A stretch of DNA of 64,000 nt from Eledone cirrhosa (taxonomy: Eukaryota): assembly GCA_964016885.1 (NCBI GenBank), contig OZ024748.1, forward strand, positions 51,522,001 to 51,586,000, written 5' to 3'. The notes beneath the pieces are model-generated. The model did no database searches. It had not been told where the DNA came from and saw only the letters and a list, made by a program, of their open reading frames with translations. The position numbers were made by a program, and so were the translations under genes. Positions 37,917 through 51,595 of this stretch are shown in pieces. Each line of letters opens with the position of its first letter. Position 1 is the stretch's first letter.

Positions 37917-37942
37917 TACTTATACACATCTGTCTGTCTGCC

Positions 37943-38275
37943 TCATCATCATTTTACGTCCGCTTTTCCCTGCTTGCAAGGGTGGGACAGGAACTGATTC
38001 TGGTTTGATTTCTACAGCTGGATGCCCTTCCTAACACCAACCTCATTTACAGTGAGTGCTGGGTGCTTTTTTGCCATGGCACCTCCACGACCACTTTGCA
38101 GTGGAATGATAAGGACCCCAGTCCCTATCATCTCATTTCTACAGCTGAGTAAACTGGAGCAATGTGAAATAAAGTGCCTTGCTCAAGGAAAGAACACATC
38201 ACCCGGTCTGAGAATTGAACTCACAACCTTTCGATTGCAAGGCCAATGCTCTAACCACTAAGCCATATGCCTCCA
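37943..38275 (-). mobile_element. Full-length CORE-type SINE B with RTE-derived (GAT)n tail
   Basis: Head GGAGGCATATGGCTTAGTGGTTAGAGC..GAGTTCAATTC; CORE-like CCTTGAGCAAGGCACTTT..CTCAGCTGTAGAAATG; tail GGTTGGTGTTAGGAAGGGCATCCAGC..GGACGTAAAATGATGATGA shared with the RTE LINE 3' UTR. Confidence 0.9.
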
Positions 38276-38660
38276 TATGTATATATGTATGTATGTGTAG
38301 GTCAGGGTTTTACCAGTTTAAACAAATAAAAGCAATTATTCAGCAGAGTACTCAATACTTGTGATAGTACATATTTTACATATAGTAGAGAGATGGGGCC
38401 CGACATAGCTCTTGCCATTTCAACGGAAATTCCATATATATGAGTGTGAGTCTCTCAGCCTCTCCCTCTCTCTGATATATGAGTTGGTGTAGGCATATGT
38501 ATATTTGTGTTTATTTTTTATTCTGTGAGTGTGTGTGTGTGTGTGTGTAGGGGTGTGTTGATGTGTGTGTGAGTTGATGTGCATCAGTTTGTTGCATGTG
38601 TGTGAGCATGAGTACAGTGTGTGTGTATGTGTGTGTGTGTGTGTATGTGTGTGTGTGTGT

Positions 38661-38703
<43 letters not shown>

Positions 38704-39549
38704 TGTGTGTGTGTATGTGTGTGTGTATGTGTGTGTGATGAACAATTGATATGGTTAAATAACAGCCACAACAGCTTGTTAAGAAGATTCAATATTTGAG
38801 CTGATTAAGTTGAACTAAGCTTGTTATGTCAAAGGGAATTACCTTCCATGGGGACAAATACACACATACACACGTCTATACACACATACACACATACATG
38901 TATACATACATATACACACACTCACATACACACATACACATGTCTATACAGACATACACACATACACACATGTATACATATACATACACAAATACACAAG
39001 TCTATACACACATACATACATCTATACACACATACACACGTCTATACACACATACATACATCTATACACACACACACGTCTATACGCACATACATATATA
39101 CATACATATATACATACATATACACACACTCACATACATACATACACACACATACTCACATACATGCATACACATACATACATACATACACACTCACATA
39201 CATATACACGCACATACACACATACGTACATACACACAGACACACTCACGTGCATACATACACACACACGCACAAACACAAATATTTACACATACACACC
39301 CATACACACACACATGCATGCACACTCATATACAAATGTACACATACATATACTTTTACACAGATACACACAAACATTCCATGTCATACATATACTATAT
39401 ACAGTTACACACACACATATATACATCTAACCATGCACACACATGTTTAATCATATCAGCACACACACATGCATACATACACACAAATATACAAATGTAC
39501 ATACATGCACACACCTTTACAAAGAATCACACTAATATTCACAGTCATA

Positions 39550-39863
39550 CAGAGCATTGGCCTTGCAATCGAAAAGTTGTGAGTTCAATTCTCAGACCGG
39601 GTGATGTGTTGTTTCCTTGAACAAGACACTTTATTTCACATTGCTCCAGCTGTAGAAATGAGATGATAGGACTGGGGTCCCTATCATTCCACTGTAAAGT
39701 GGAAGTGTAGGCACCACGGAAAAAAAGCACCCAGCACTCACTGTAAATGAGGTTGGTGTTAGGAAGGGCATCCAGCTATAGAAATCAAGCCAGAATCAGT
39801 TCCCGTCCCACCCTTGCAAGCAGGGAAAAGTGGATGTAAAATGAAATGATGATGATGATGATA
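39550..39863 (+). mobile_element. CORE-type SINE B with RTE-derived tail
   Basis: Near-identical to the reverse complement of 37943-38250; further pieces at 45980-46090 and 55190-55430. Confidence 0.9.
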
Positions 39864-40154
39864 TATACACACAAATGTTTACACAGTAACACACACACAC
39901 ATGCATGTGCACATATATATTCACACAGAATTATTTAATTTATACATCATCACACTCAAATATATACAGTCATGCATCACACACATTCATACATCATGCA
40001 CATTAAAAAATATATTCCTTGATACACATATACACACAATTATATACACATTTCATACATACATTACATACACATATACATATACATACATGCACATATA
40101 CACATGCATGTATACACACAAACGTACATAAATACATACACACATACATATGTA

Positions 40155-40334
40155 TGGATTTGAGGAGAAATCCCAGATCCCTAATTCGTAGACAACAAAT
40201 AAACGTGATAGCTGGCACCTTCAAAATTTGCAAAACATTCTTGCAATTCAAGGAATGAAAATTTCTTTTCTTTTACAACCTTGCCACCAGGAATGTGGCC
40301 AGTCAAAAATGTACTCAAAATTAAGAGAGAGAGA
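40155..40334 (+). mobile_element. 3' end of an RLE-type non-LTR retrotransposon
   Basis: SLIRRQQINVIAGTFKICKTFLQF* resembles the LIRxLQxxxIxGTVKICKTFLxF terminus of RLE-encoding elements; short UTR ending in (AG)n. Confidence 0.55.
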
Positions 40335-40351
40335 ACACACACACAGATATA

Positions 40352-40502
40352 TATATATATATATCTATATCCAAAATTATGTGTGTCATGCCAGAAAGAC
40401 ATGCGCCATATCACCCGCAAAATTTTACGGGTGATATGGCGCATGTCTTTCTGGCATGACACCCATAATTTTGATTATCTTAATTTTGGATATAGATATA
40501 TA
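40352..40502. repeat. Spacerless palindrome (~65-bp arms) in (TA)n
   Basis: Centre AAAA|TTTT at 40422/40423; TGTCATGCCAGAAAGACATGCGCCATATCACCCG pairs with CGGGTGATATGGCGCATGTCTTTCTGGCATGACA. Confidence 0.95.
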
Positions 40503-42744
40503 AATACGGCTCCTTAATTGTAGAGCTAACTTTGCTGAAAGGATTTGACTGCTGTTTCTAGTTGTCGATAACCCTATTCACGCCACTGGAATGAAGCTAG
40601 TATGATGTGTGTATTTCTAGTAGATATAGCACGTGTTGCTGGCCAGTCGCTGATTTGAACTTGAAGTGTAAACATAGACTGCTGAACTTCTTCCTTGTTG
40701 AAAATCCAAGTACCGGCCTCCATGGTTTACCATTCGATTAATTGGTGAAATATATTTCTTTAATGGAATATATACAGGGAAGATTAATCATATTATAAGG
40801 TATCTATTTTTGAAGTTCTAGTTAACTTTATTTAGTTACCTACCTAGCTATGTGTGGTTACACACTTGTAAAAATTATCTCCTGTGATTATTCATGTTTA
40901 TTTATATGTTAATCAATTTCTAGTTATTATATATATATATATTGTAGGCCTCCTTAAGTCACAAATAACCATGGATCTACACTTAGAAGGTTTCCCTCTG
41001 AGGCACAAGTCTTGTCAATGAGCTTTTGTAGAAACCCAGCAGCTGTTCATCTATACCAATCTCTCCTTTCCACTCCACCAATATCCAAGGGAAAGATAAA
41101 AGCTGAAAACTGTGATGTCGCAACTCATTTTTTCCAGCTTAGCGAACAGGAGCAACATAAAATAAAGTGTCTTGCTCAAGGTCACAATGCACCACCCAGT
41201 CTGGCAATTGAACCCTCAACCGTGTGATTAAGTAGTCGAACAGTTTAACCAGGATTGCTATAAGTAAAGGGATGCTGTGCTGGAAATGTCTCTTCCAGCC
41301 AATTCAAGCATAGAAAAGTTGACATGCAATGGTCAACAGAAAGATTCATAGGCTGACCAAGATACCCTCATGGAATGACCAAATGAGGTTTATTTTTCAC
41401 ATAGTCCCTGGATAGAGACAATGCAGTTATTAATTAGAAGAGTTGAAATTAACACATGCAAGATTTCACAGCTCTAGCATCCCTCCTTCATAGTCAGTGT
41501 GTGAATGATTCAGCCGACTCTTGTAAAATGATGTTGAAGTTTATGATGATAATGATGGTGGCGGCAGAGAAGGTGTTATAATCACTGAGAAGGTAAACTC
41601 TAGTGCAACGTGAACAAAGAAGCAAAGTCTGTTGATATTTTTATACATTTGCACCAAACTTCATATTTTATCGAGGAATTCTGTAGTTCACTGCATTAAT
41701 TTGACCTCATTTGACCTTGTCTGTTATTTATTTTAAACACACTTGGGAGAATGATTAAAAAAATATTGACCTTGACTGAAATTTGATCTCAAGATGTGGA
41801 AGACTACTATTGCCCTCACTATAATGACAGTAATGATGCCAATAACAACAACAACAACAACAACTACTACTACTACTATTACAATAATGTCTTCCTCTAA
41901 TCAGTTATTTATGTATTTCTATTTCCCTGCAATTTCTTAGACAACCATGGTGTCATTAGCAATTTTCAAACCCCACATTCACCACACCCAATCTCAGCAC
42001 GACCAACGCCTCATTACCCAGCACACCCATAACCACACTCCATCAATTTAACAACTGTCTGATTAACAGCTAATGATGCTGTACACACTATTTAATGACT
42101 TGCTAAACTATCACATTTATTTTTACCAAACCTTTCATTAGCAAAAACAGAACAGCTTTTACTATTTAACACTGCTTTCTTAATTCTTTCCTTCTTTCTT
42201 TCTTTCTTTCTTTCTTTCTTTCCCTCTTTCTTTTCCTTTCCAGCTTTCATTCTCTCCCTCTCTCTCTCTCATTCTCTCTCTCTCTCTCTCACTATCTATC
42301 TCTCCCGCTCTCTTTCTTTCTGTCTGTCATACTTTTTTTCTTTTCTTTTCAGCTTTCTGTTTTACTATTCTCATTATGAGAGCTGTTGTTCTTGTTATTA
42401 TAAGAGAGGGGGGTTGGGAGCTGTAGACAGCTGAGTCAGTGGAGCATCTGGCTAAAAGCATTATATAATTTATTAATTTATTATTTATTTATTATTTATT
42501 CATCACTGTCACGTGTGTTCAATTGTCGTCTCGCGATGACATGTCCTTTAATCCCTTGAGAACCCCTGAAATACCAAATATGAATAAGTACCAGTGATAT
42601 ACTGAAGACATACTGGTGTTTAAAGTGTCCAAGTAATCAATTAACAGGATAAGTAAGGAATAAGTAACTATTGTAGTTACAGTAGTGTTATTGTTAATTA
42701 GCTATTTAAAATAGCTAACATTTCTAACTAACTATATCTTCATT

Positions 42745-43742
42745 ATATCGGTAGAGAGTCAGACGCCATGCTTTCCAGCATAGAGTTACGTCCCTTTACA
42801 GACTGAGTTAAAATCCTGCCGAGGTTAATTAGCCTTTCATCCTTACGGAGTCGAAAAAATAAAGTACCAGTAATGTACTGGGTAATTGCTGGCCTTGTGC
42901 CAAATGTAGAAACAATTATATTTTGAAGGACAGAAGTATATTTTCACCTTATCAGATTACAACATATAAACAAAGTAACAAAGCAGCTTCAACACGAATG
43001 TGTGACTTGCTAGAAATATCTGGCAATCCTCCCTCATGATCACACTCTACCATCTTAAAAAAAGATGAAGATATTGATTAAAAAAAGACTCCTTTCCATC
43101 GTGAATGATCATGAGTTTTGCACCTAGAAATTTCTCCTTTGAGGTACAACCCTGGATAAGGAGATTTTGTGGAAGACTAGCAGTCACCTATACATACTTC
43201 TTTCCTCTTCCTCTCACCATACCATCCATGTTGTCCAATGGAAAGGCAAAGGACAATACAGCTCGGCAGCATTGACATCCACTGTATATATACTATATAT
43301 ATATATATACTGTATATGTACTATATATATATATACACAATATATATACATTATATATACATCATGCGGTGGATTGGCAGTATTAGTAGAGGGTCGGATG
43401 CCATACTTTGATGCATAGAGTTACGGCCCTTTCCATTCTGAGTTGGCCTTGTGCCAAACGTAGAAACAATTATATATACACTTTAATATACACCATATAC
43501 ACACTATATAATATGCTGTTCAAGGCTAAGGCAAAGGCCAATACTGGCTCCTGTGACATCACATGTCCTTTTTTTTTCCAGTTGATTAAACTGGAGCAAC
43601 GTGAGATAAAGTTTCTTGCTCAAAGACACAATGCATTGCTTAGTCCAGGAATCGAACTCACAACATCATTTTGTGAACCAAACACTCTATACACTAAAAC
43701 ATGATTGTAAGGCCAATGCTCAAACCACTAAGCCACGTGCCT

Positions 43743-43745
<3 letters not shown>
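42745..43745. mobile_element. SINE A (42745-42920 +, 43366-43472 + deleted) and fragmented SINE B tail variant 2 (43085-43290 and 43520-43745, -)
   Basis: Family motifs at each listed position. Confidence 0.75.
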
Positions 43746-43781
<36 letters not shown>

Positions 43782-43783
<2 letters not shown>

Positions 43784-44023
43784 CATCATCATCGTTTAAC
43801 GTCCATCTTCCACGCTTGCATGGGTTTGGACGGGAGTTTTCCCACTTGAGGCAAGAGTGGTTGTCTTGCTCGCATAGGACTGTCTGGCGGGTTTTCTACG
43901 GCCGGATGCCCTTCCTAACACCAACCACGTTTACAGTGTGGACTGGGAGGTTTTTACCGCGTTTCCTACATGGCCACATTACAGTGTGGACTGTGTGTTT
44001 TTTTGTTGTGACACCTACACGAC
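43782..44023 (-). mobile_element. RTE LINE 3' UTR fragment
   Basis: Near-identical to the 3' UTR of the LINE at 61592-63408. Confidence 0.92.
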
Positions 44024-44048
44024 ATGTATATATATATATATATATATA

Positions 44049-44476
44049 TTGGCGCGACACAGTAATAGAGAAGACCCGCCTTACCTAAGTACAAAGTGAA
44101 ACCTACTACAGTCAGTAGGCACCTCTAACAAAATACACCCCCATCCCACTACCCCCACCCCATCCACACCACCCCTTTCAATGTAAAGTTATGTTGGCAC
44201 CACAACATCCAGCCCGAAACAAATGAGGTCGTGTAGGTGTCACGACAAAAAAACACACAGTCCACACTGTAATGTGGCCGTGTAGGTAACACGGTAAAAA
44301 CCTCCCAGTTCCACACTGTAAATGTGGTTGGTGTTAGGAAGGGCATCCAGCCATAGAAAACCTGCCAGACAGTCCTATACGAGCAAGACAACCACTCTTG
44401 CCTCAAGTGGGAAAACTCCCGTCCAAACCCATGCAAGTGTGGAATATGGACGTTAAACGATGATGATGATGATGAT
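44049..44476 (+). mobile_element. RTE LINE 3' end (last ORF codons WRDTVIEKTRLT* plus full 3' UTR and (GAT)n tail)
   Basis: Matches the reverse complement of 61592-62139. Confidence 0.93.
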
Positions 44477-44802
44477 ATACACACACACACAATTATATAT
44501 ATACTGGCTATTTCTAGACTATGTATCACCACTAAGAAATTAGTGAAGAAGGAATGACCTTTTCTTCAGAAAAAAAATGTGTTATCTCCCAATTATGCCA
44601 CTTTTAAACAATAGAGACATGCTGTATGGTAAAGAAGTTCACTTTATAAACAAGGGAATGATAAGTAAAAAGTACCAGTTAAAAATTGGGGTTAATTAAA
44701 CTTAACTATTTATATATGACACCCACACACACAAAAAAAGAAATGGCCTTGTGTCAATCTATTATTTGATCATATATGTATGTGTATATATATATATATA
44801 CT

Positions 44803-44881
44803 CAGGGTGTCCCCTAAAAATGTATACAAAATTTTCTTAGAATGTTGTTGAACTGTGTATACATTATTTTGGGACACCCTG
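44803..44881. mobile_element. 79-bp Tc1/mariner-type mini-MITE
   Basis: CAGGGTGTCCC..AATGTATACA ... TGTATACATT..GGGACACCCTG|TA terminal inverted repeats in TA context. Confidence 0.75.
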
Positions 44882-44985
44882 TATGTATATATATGTGTCT
44901 GTCTGTCTGTCTGTGTGTGTGTCTGTGTGTGTGTGTGTGCGTGTGTGCGTATGTGCCCGTGTGTGCATGCCTCTGTGTGTGTATA

Positions 44986-45056
<71 letters not shown>

Positions 45057-46086
45057 ATGACTGTCTGTCTGTGCATATGTGTAAACAATAAATAATACAT
45101 ACATATTATTTATTCTATCTTTACATTCATTTTTTTTTATATTCTGGTTTAAAAAAATAAATTGTTTTACAGTTACTCATTTGTTTTAAAAATTGCCTTT
45201 TTTTTTTTTTTTACATTTTAACAATTATTTTTTTTTTAATAATTACATTTTAACAATTATTATTTTTTTTTTTTTTTCTGTTTTTTTTAAATTTAAAATT
45301 TCAATAACACAGAATCTTTCTGAAGCATTTCTGTAAATATCATTATTGTTTAATTATGCTTTTAAACTAAATTGGTAATCTGTGTACTAAAATTAGTATG
45401 AAATAAATGAGACATTGTCAGATATGATATTTTATGAGTCTATCTCTGTATGACTGTGGACATATGGATATGGCTTCATTCATTAATTATTTTTATTATA
45501 TTATTTTCTCACAATTCACCTTCCTAACATACATCCTCATATGTAACATATACAATGTTACTCATTAGCAATCTAAGATGCACAAATGATTTTCAATTCC
45601 TCCTTAATTAAAAACTGAAATAGGTAGAATTTTACAAAAAATGAATAATTTGACAAGACTAGATGTAAAATTATTATTATTGTTATTTATTAATATTGGC
45701 AGTATTGTTAGAGCATTGGACACGATGTTTCGCAGCAAATTTACGTCCCTTTATGTTCTGAGATCAAACCCCGGTGAAGTAAGTTTTGCCTTTCATCCAT
45801 ATAGGGTCGATAAAATAAAGCACCAGTAATACACTGGGGTCAATTTAATCGTCTTTCCCCTCCTCCAAAATTGTTGAACTTCTGCCTAAATCAGAAATTA
45901 TTATTATTATTGTTGCAGTTATATATATATAAAACACAATTCCATATCTAAAACCTTGCTAAACAAATATATATATATGTAAATGAGGTTGGTGTTAGGA
46001 AGGGCATCCAGCTGTAGAAATCAAGCCAGAATCAGTTCCCGTCCCACCCCTGCAAGCAGGGAAAAGCGGACGTATGATGATGATGA

Positions 46087-46159
<73 letters not shown>

Positions 46160-48186
46160 GTGATGCCCCCATTTTTGTCACTGTCTACCTAGCCAAGCTT
46201 AGAAGACAACAAGCACCCTCATACTGTGATGAGGTAGCACAGGTGACATAACAAAAAAATCATCCAGTTTGAGCTGTAAGTGGTGATGCTGGTGTCATGA
46301 CAAAAAGCATCCAGTGTTCATGCTGGTGCCAAAATGAAAAAAAGCACCTGGTCCACTATATTATACCTGTGCCACAAAAAGATCACCCGTCTACTCTATA
46401 AAGTGGTTGGCATTAGGAAGGCTATCCAGGCTTTAAAAAAGCAAACCCCAAATGGAAAAAAGGAGCAGGACATGGTCATCTAATCTGTTTAGCCTCATAA
46501 TGTAAATAGCCTGTCTAACCCATGCAAGAATGGAAAGATATAAAACAGAGATGATAGTGATGATGATGATTTGGGGGCTAACTAAAAGCAGAATCTGTTG
46601 CCGAAACAGGGAAAAAGCTGTAAAAATGATACAATGTGGTGTCAGACAGGAACAGTTAAGTATGGCTACAACTGTTGTTGATGATGATATGAAACCTGTG
46701 GCAGCAGCTCCAAATATAGCCAGAACATTTTTTTTAGTTAATTCTTTATTTCTTGTTTGTTTATTTTTTAATTTGTTTGAAGTGTCTCCATTTTTGTTTT
46801 TAATTGTTTTGTTTGTTTGTTTTTATTAGCTAAACTTAATGTCTCCTCTGATTTATTCTTTCAATTACTCCAGACACTGATATACACAAACACACGCATA
46901 CACACACATCATGTCACATAGATTAACACACAGACTCACACACAGATATACACACACACACACATATATATATATCATGTCATATAGACACATTTTGTAC
47001 ACAGATTGACACACACATACATGCATACAAATACACACACACATACAAATACACACACACACATACATACAGATGCACAATGATGTAGACAAACTGATTA
47101 AGACAAACCATACATATGAAGAAACATGCATACATAGATACAGATACAAACGCACACATACATCCACCATAGACATACACACACATACATTCATAGAGAA
47201 ACAGAGTGAGGCAGACATAAACTGATTAAGACAGAACTACATACATGCATACATATAATCATGTGCACTTACATACTTAGACATACACACACATATGCTA
47301 CCAGATTCTGTCATACTATCACACATATACAGACATACACACATACATACATATATATCCATATATAGATACATATACTCATGCACACATACATACTTAG
47401 ACATACACACATACATACTTAGACATACACACATACATACATGTATATCCATATATACATACATATACTCACGCACACATACATACTTAGGCATACATAC
47501 ACACACAGACATACACACATACAACCAACCTCTGTCATACATACATAGACATACACACATACTACCAGCTCCTGTCACACTATCATACATACATAGACAT
47601 ACTCACATACACACGTCTATACACACATACACACATACATACATATATATCCATATATACATACATATACTCATGCACACATACATACTTAGGCATACAT
47701 ACACACACATAGACATACACACATACTACCAGCTCCTGTCATACTATCATACATACATAGACATACACACATACATACATATATATATATAGATATACAA
47801 ATATATACATGTATATAGATACACACATACATACATATATATATAGATACACACATGCTGATATACAGATACACAGACATACATAAATATATACATAGAT
47901 ACATAAATATACATATACATACATATAGCGATTTACAGATAACCTCACAGAAATTCATTAAGACAAACTCTCCTTCCCACACACACACACACACACACAC
48001 GCCAACTCATATTACCACATACATTTACACAATAAACACACACATACAATCACCTATATTTTACAAATATATACTTAAACACACACGCATATATTTCAAT
48101 ATACACTCACACACACCTTTCAACATACACATATCCCCATACACACATTTTTAACAGATACACATCTCTCAGAACTCACATTTTTG

Positions 48187-48234
<48 letters not shown>

Positions 48235-48714
48235 TACACACACATTTAAACATACGCACTCATATATCTCCACTACACATTTAAACACACACAATTCTCC
48301 ACATTCACATATTTAAACACACACACACATATTTCCACACAACTCTCTCCACACATATATATTTAAACACATGCACCCACACACACCTCTCTCCACACTA
48401 ACATAATTAAACACACACACACACACACACATCTCTCCACAATCTCATATATACCAACATACACACATACCCACATTTACACATAACTGTACAAATTGAA
48501 ACACAAACGACCACAGACATCATATCATCAAGACTTCATATCATTTCTTCTCATCATAGTTTACTAGAATTAACAGGAATCTCCTGCAGACTAATTCAAT
48601 TGAAGTTAGGAGCCAAATTAAGGAGACTCATTATGTTTATAAACAAAGTGAAATAGTAAAATCTAAAGAAACTAGTAATGTTCTGTGCTGGTAATGGTAA
48701 ATACAAACAGTTCA

Positions 48715-49110
48715 CAAAGTGCAATAAGTTAGTTTGTGTTTTGGGTGGGCAGTGTCTACTTTTGGAGGAAATTAGCTTGTTAAAATAAAGAAAATAAGTC
48801 TTATGTTTTGATGGGTTGTAGCCTTTGTTAAAATAGGTTTATTAAAAGGAAGAAGGAAAACTGAGTGTTTTGATGAACAGTAGCTTTGCTTGGAACAAAT
48901 TACTTTGCTAAAATAAAGAAGAGAATTCTAGTATTTTGATAGTGGATAGTAGCCTTTGTTAGAAGTAATTAGTTTGTTAAAATAAAGAAAAGAAGTTTGA
49001 TGTTTGGCTTGGTAGTACCTTTGCTTGGAATAAATTATTTTATCAAAATAAAGAAGAAAATTCTGATGTTTGAATAGTTAGTAGTTTTTATTAGAATGAA
49101 TTAGTTTGCC
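48715..49110. repeat. Degenerate ~60-70-bp minisatellite, ~6 copies
   Basis: Recurring AATTAGTTTGTTAAAATAAAGAA...TGTTTTGAT...GTAGC(C)TTTG motif. Confidence 0.75.
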
Positions 49111-49809
49111 ATGAGAAACGAATGAGGGGTGGGGGTGGGGGGATTTGATTGTGATCTGCTGCTAAACTACAATAAGGTACTAACATCAATTCATAACATG
49201 TATTAATGTCACTTGTGAACTTTTGAGTGATCAGTATGTTTAACTCTGGACACAACAGTATTGACTATAATAATGGGATATAACAAACCATGAAATGACA
49301 CTTACAACCGGGGAACAAGAAATATGTAATTGAACAAACAATTATATTATAATTTAGAACCCCACCCCCTCGAAAGTGGATACTCAGTCATGGCCAGACC
49401 CCATGAAGTTGGTTTATGGTTTGGGGTGGGGGAACATTGCAAGCCAAAGAAACACTCTAAAATTTCTGAATGCTGCATGGGGCCTAGAGGTCAGAGTGTT
49501 GGTCTTACAATCATGTCATGGGTTCGATTCCTGGATCAGCTTGTGTATTGTGTTCTGGAATAAAACACTTCATTTCATGTCTCTCAGGTATGTTCAGCTG
49601 AAAATGAGTACCAGAAATGGGGTTTAAACTTGCAATGGACTTACATCCTGTCCATGAGGAAGTCTTGTACTCTCAATTGCTTAATGCCAAGGGAAACTGG
49701 AATAGGAACTGATTTAATGAGCTCAAGGCTTGTGATACAATTTAGACTTAGCTATTGCTTACAGGACTGAAAATATCATACCTGTTGTGGTACCTACTAA
49801 TAACCAAAT

Positions 49810-50075
49810 GGGTTGTCGTCTTCTTCACCCACTTATTCCTGTGAGGTTCATGGCGGCAGAGTCCTCAAACACTTCCTCCAGCGCTCCCTGTCAGAAGCAA
49901 CCATCTCCAACTGATCTGGTTGGATCCCCAAGCATGACCAGCCAAGCTCATGGATGTTATCCAACGATCTTGCTCAGAGTCTACTCCTGGGTCTCTTACC
50001 TGCTGGTTTTGCCTGTAAAATCTATCCAGCAATTCCTTCGTGAGACATTCTAACCATATGCCCATAGTATCGGAG
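49810..50075 (-). mobile_element. REX3/Expander-like RTE 3' fragment (best-preserved copy)
   Basis: Minus frame YGHMVRMSHEGIAG*ILQAKPAGKRPRSRL*ARSLDNIHELGWSCLGIQPDQLEMVASDRERWRKCLRTLPP, then GAATAAGTGGGTGAAGAAGAC; more copies at 53640-53895 and 57520-57680 (-). Confidence 0.82.
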
Positions 50076-50244
50076 CTGTGTTCCCTTAATTTGGAGAAGT
50101 AGCAGCTCTACCTGGAGTGACTCTCACATCTCTGAGCTATGCACTCTATCAAGTAATGTTACTCCAAAGACCCTTCATCATTAAATATCTGGTGTCTCAC
50201 CCAAAGACATATTGGAATTGATCTTACCATATTATGATATAATA

Positions 50245-50430
50245 ATTGATTCTACTTTAGGCACAAGGCCAGCAATTACCCAGTGCATTACTGGTACTTT
50301 ATTTTATTGACCCCCGTAAGGATGAAAGCAAAGTTAACCTCGGTGGGATTTGAACTCAGACTGTAAAGGGACGTATCTATTCTGGAAAGCATGGCGTCCG
50401 ACCCTCTACCGACACTGCCAATCCACCGCC
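50245..50430 (-). mobile_element. Full-length SINE A with ~20-bp TSD
   Basis: CCATATT(A/G)TGATATAATAAT on both flanks. Confidence 0.9.
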
Positions 50431-50473
50431 CATATTGTGATATAATAATGTAAGTTTGATTTGTACAGCTTAA

Positions 50474-50693
50474 CCCTTTAATGTTCAAACCAGCCAAAAC
50501 CGGCCAGAATTCTCTACCTCTTTCTGTTGAAACTGGCTGTAACTGGCCACTCATACTAATGTTAAGGTATTGTTCTCAAAATAAATACTTTCAAAATCTC
50601 ATAGATTCGATATTATGTGAGATAATTAAGTGAGGTAAAGCCTTTACCATGAAAATATAATAGTAAATATAGAGTAATGTGAATGCTAAAGGG
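50474..50693 (+). mobile_element. Uninterrupted piggyBac-type MITE (220 bp)
   Basis: TTAA|CCCTTTA ... AATGCTAAAGGG|TTAA; reference copy for the family (partial sixth copy at ~58375-58454). Confidence 0.88.
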
Positions 50694-51595
50694 TTAAATA
50701 ATTTCTGCTTTTACATATACATGCATACACCTATACACACTAACAAACTAATACCCATATACAAACACACACACTTGTACAAGAGCACAGACATACACAC
50801 ACAAGTACAAACACACACACATACCATACACTTGTACAAGGACACACACATTAACAGTGTACAGACATACATTAACAGCACACACATTATTACTACATAC
50901 ACACACACACATTAACATTACACACAGCACACACTGCACACACACATTAACATTACATGACACACAGTACACACTACACTACACACACATTAACATTACA
51001 TTACCTGACACACAAACACTACGCTACACCACACACACACACAGTACACACACATACATTAACACTACATTCCATCCATGTCACACCACACACCACACAC
51101 ATACATTAACACTACACTCCCTGTTACACCACACACATACACTACACTACACGACACACGACACACCACACACATACATTAACACTACACTACACGACAC
51201 ACCACATACACACATATACATTAGCACTACAATTACCTCACAATTATTCATTACTCACAGTTCTGATTATAACATTTAATCATATATTTTAGACTGACTT
51301 CTCCAAATTAAGAGGACATAATCCTCTACTCTTGTCTTCCACTTCTTCTCTAACTCTCCTCATCAGAGAGAGTAAATTAGGTCTATGTTTCCATCTTACA
51401 ATTTCATCAACAAAAATTTGAAATTCATTCAAACTCACTTCCTTATTGTCCTCATTATATCTTGCACACACCCTCTCTTTATCTCCATCTCTATCTCCAA
51501 CTCTTGTTGTTTCTCTGTGATTTATATGATACACTCATTCACACATATATGTGTATGTATGAATGTATGTGTGTGTGTTTGTGTATATATATATA

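Noticed and set aside
38205-38275. tRNA gene
   Set aside because: A and B boxes are present, but the sequence continues into the SINE body and lacks a paired acceptor stem; it is a SINE head, as are the family A heads.
38821-39620. His/Thr/Tyr-rich long ORFs (also 47295-47792, 50857-51279 and similar)
   Set aside because: Translations of (CA)n/(TA)n-derived low-complexity DNA.
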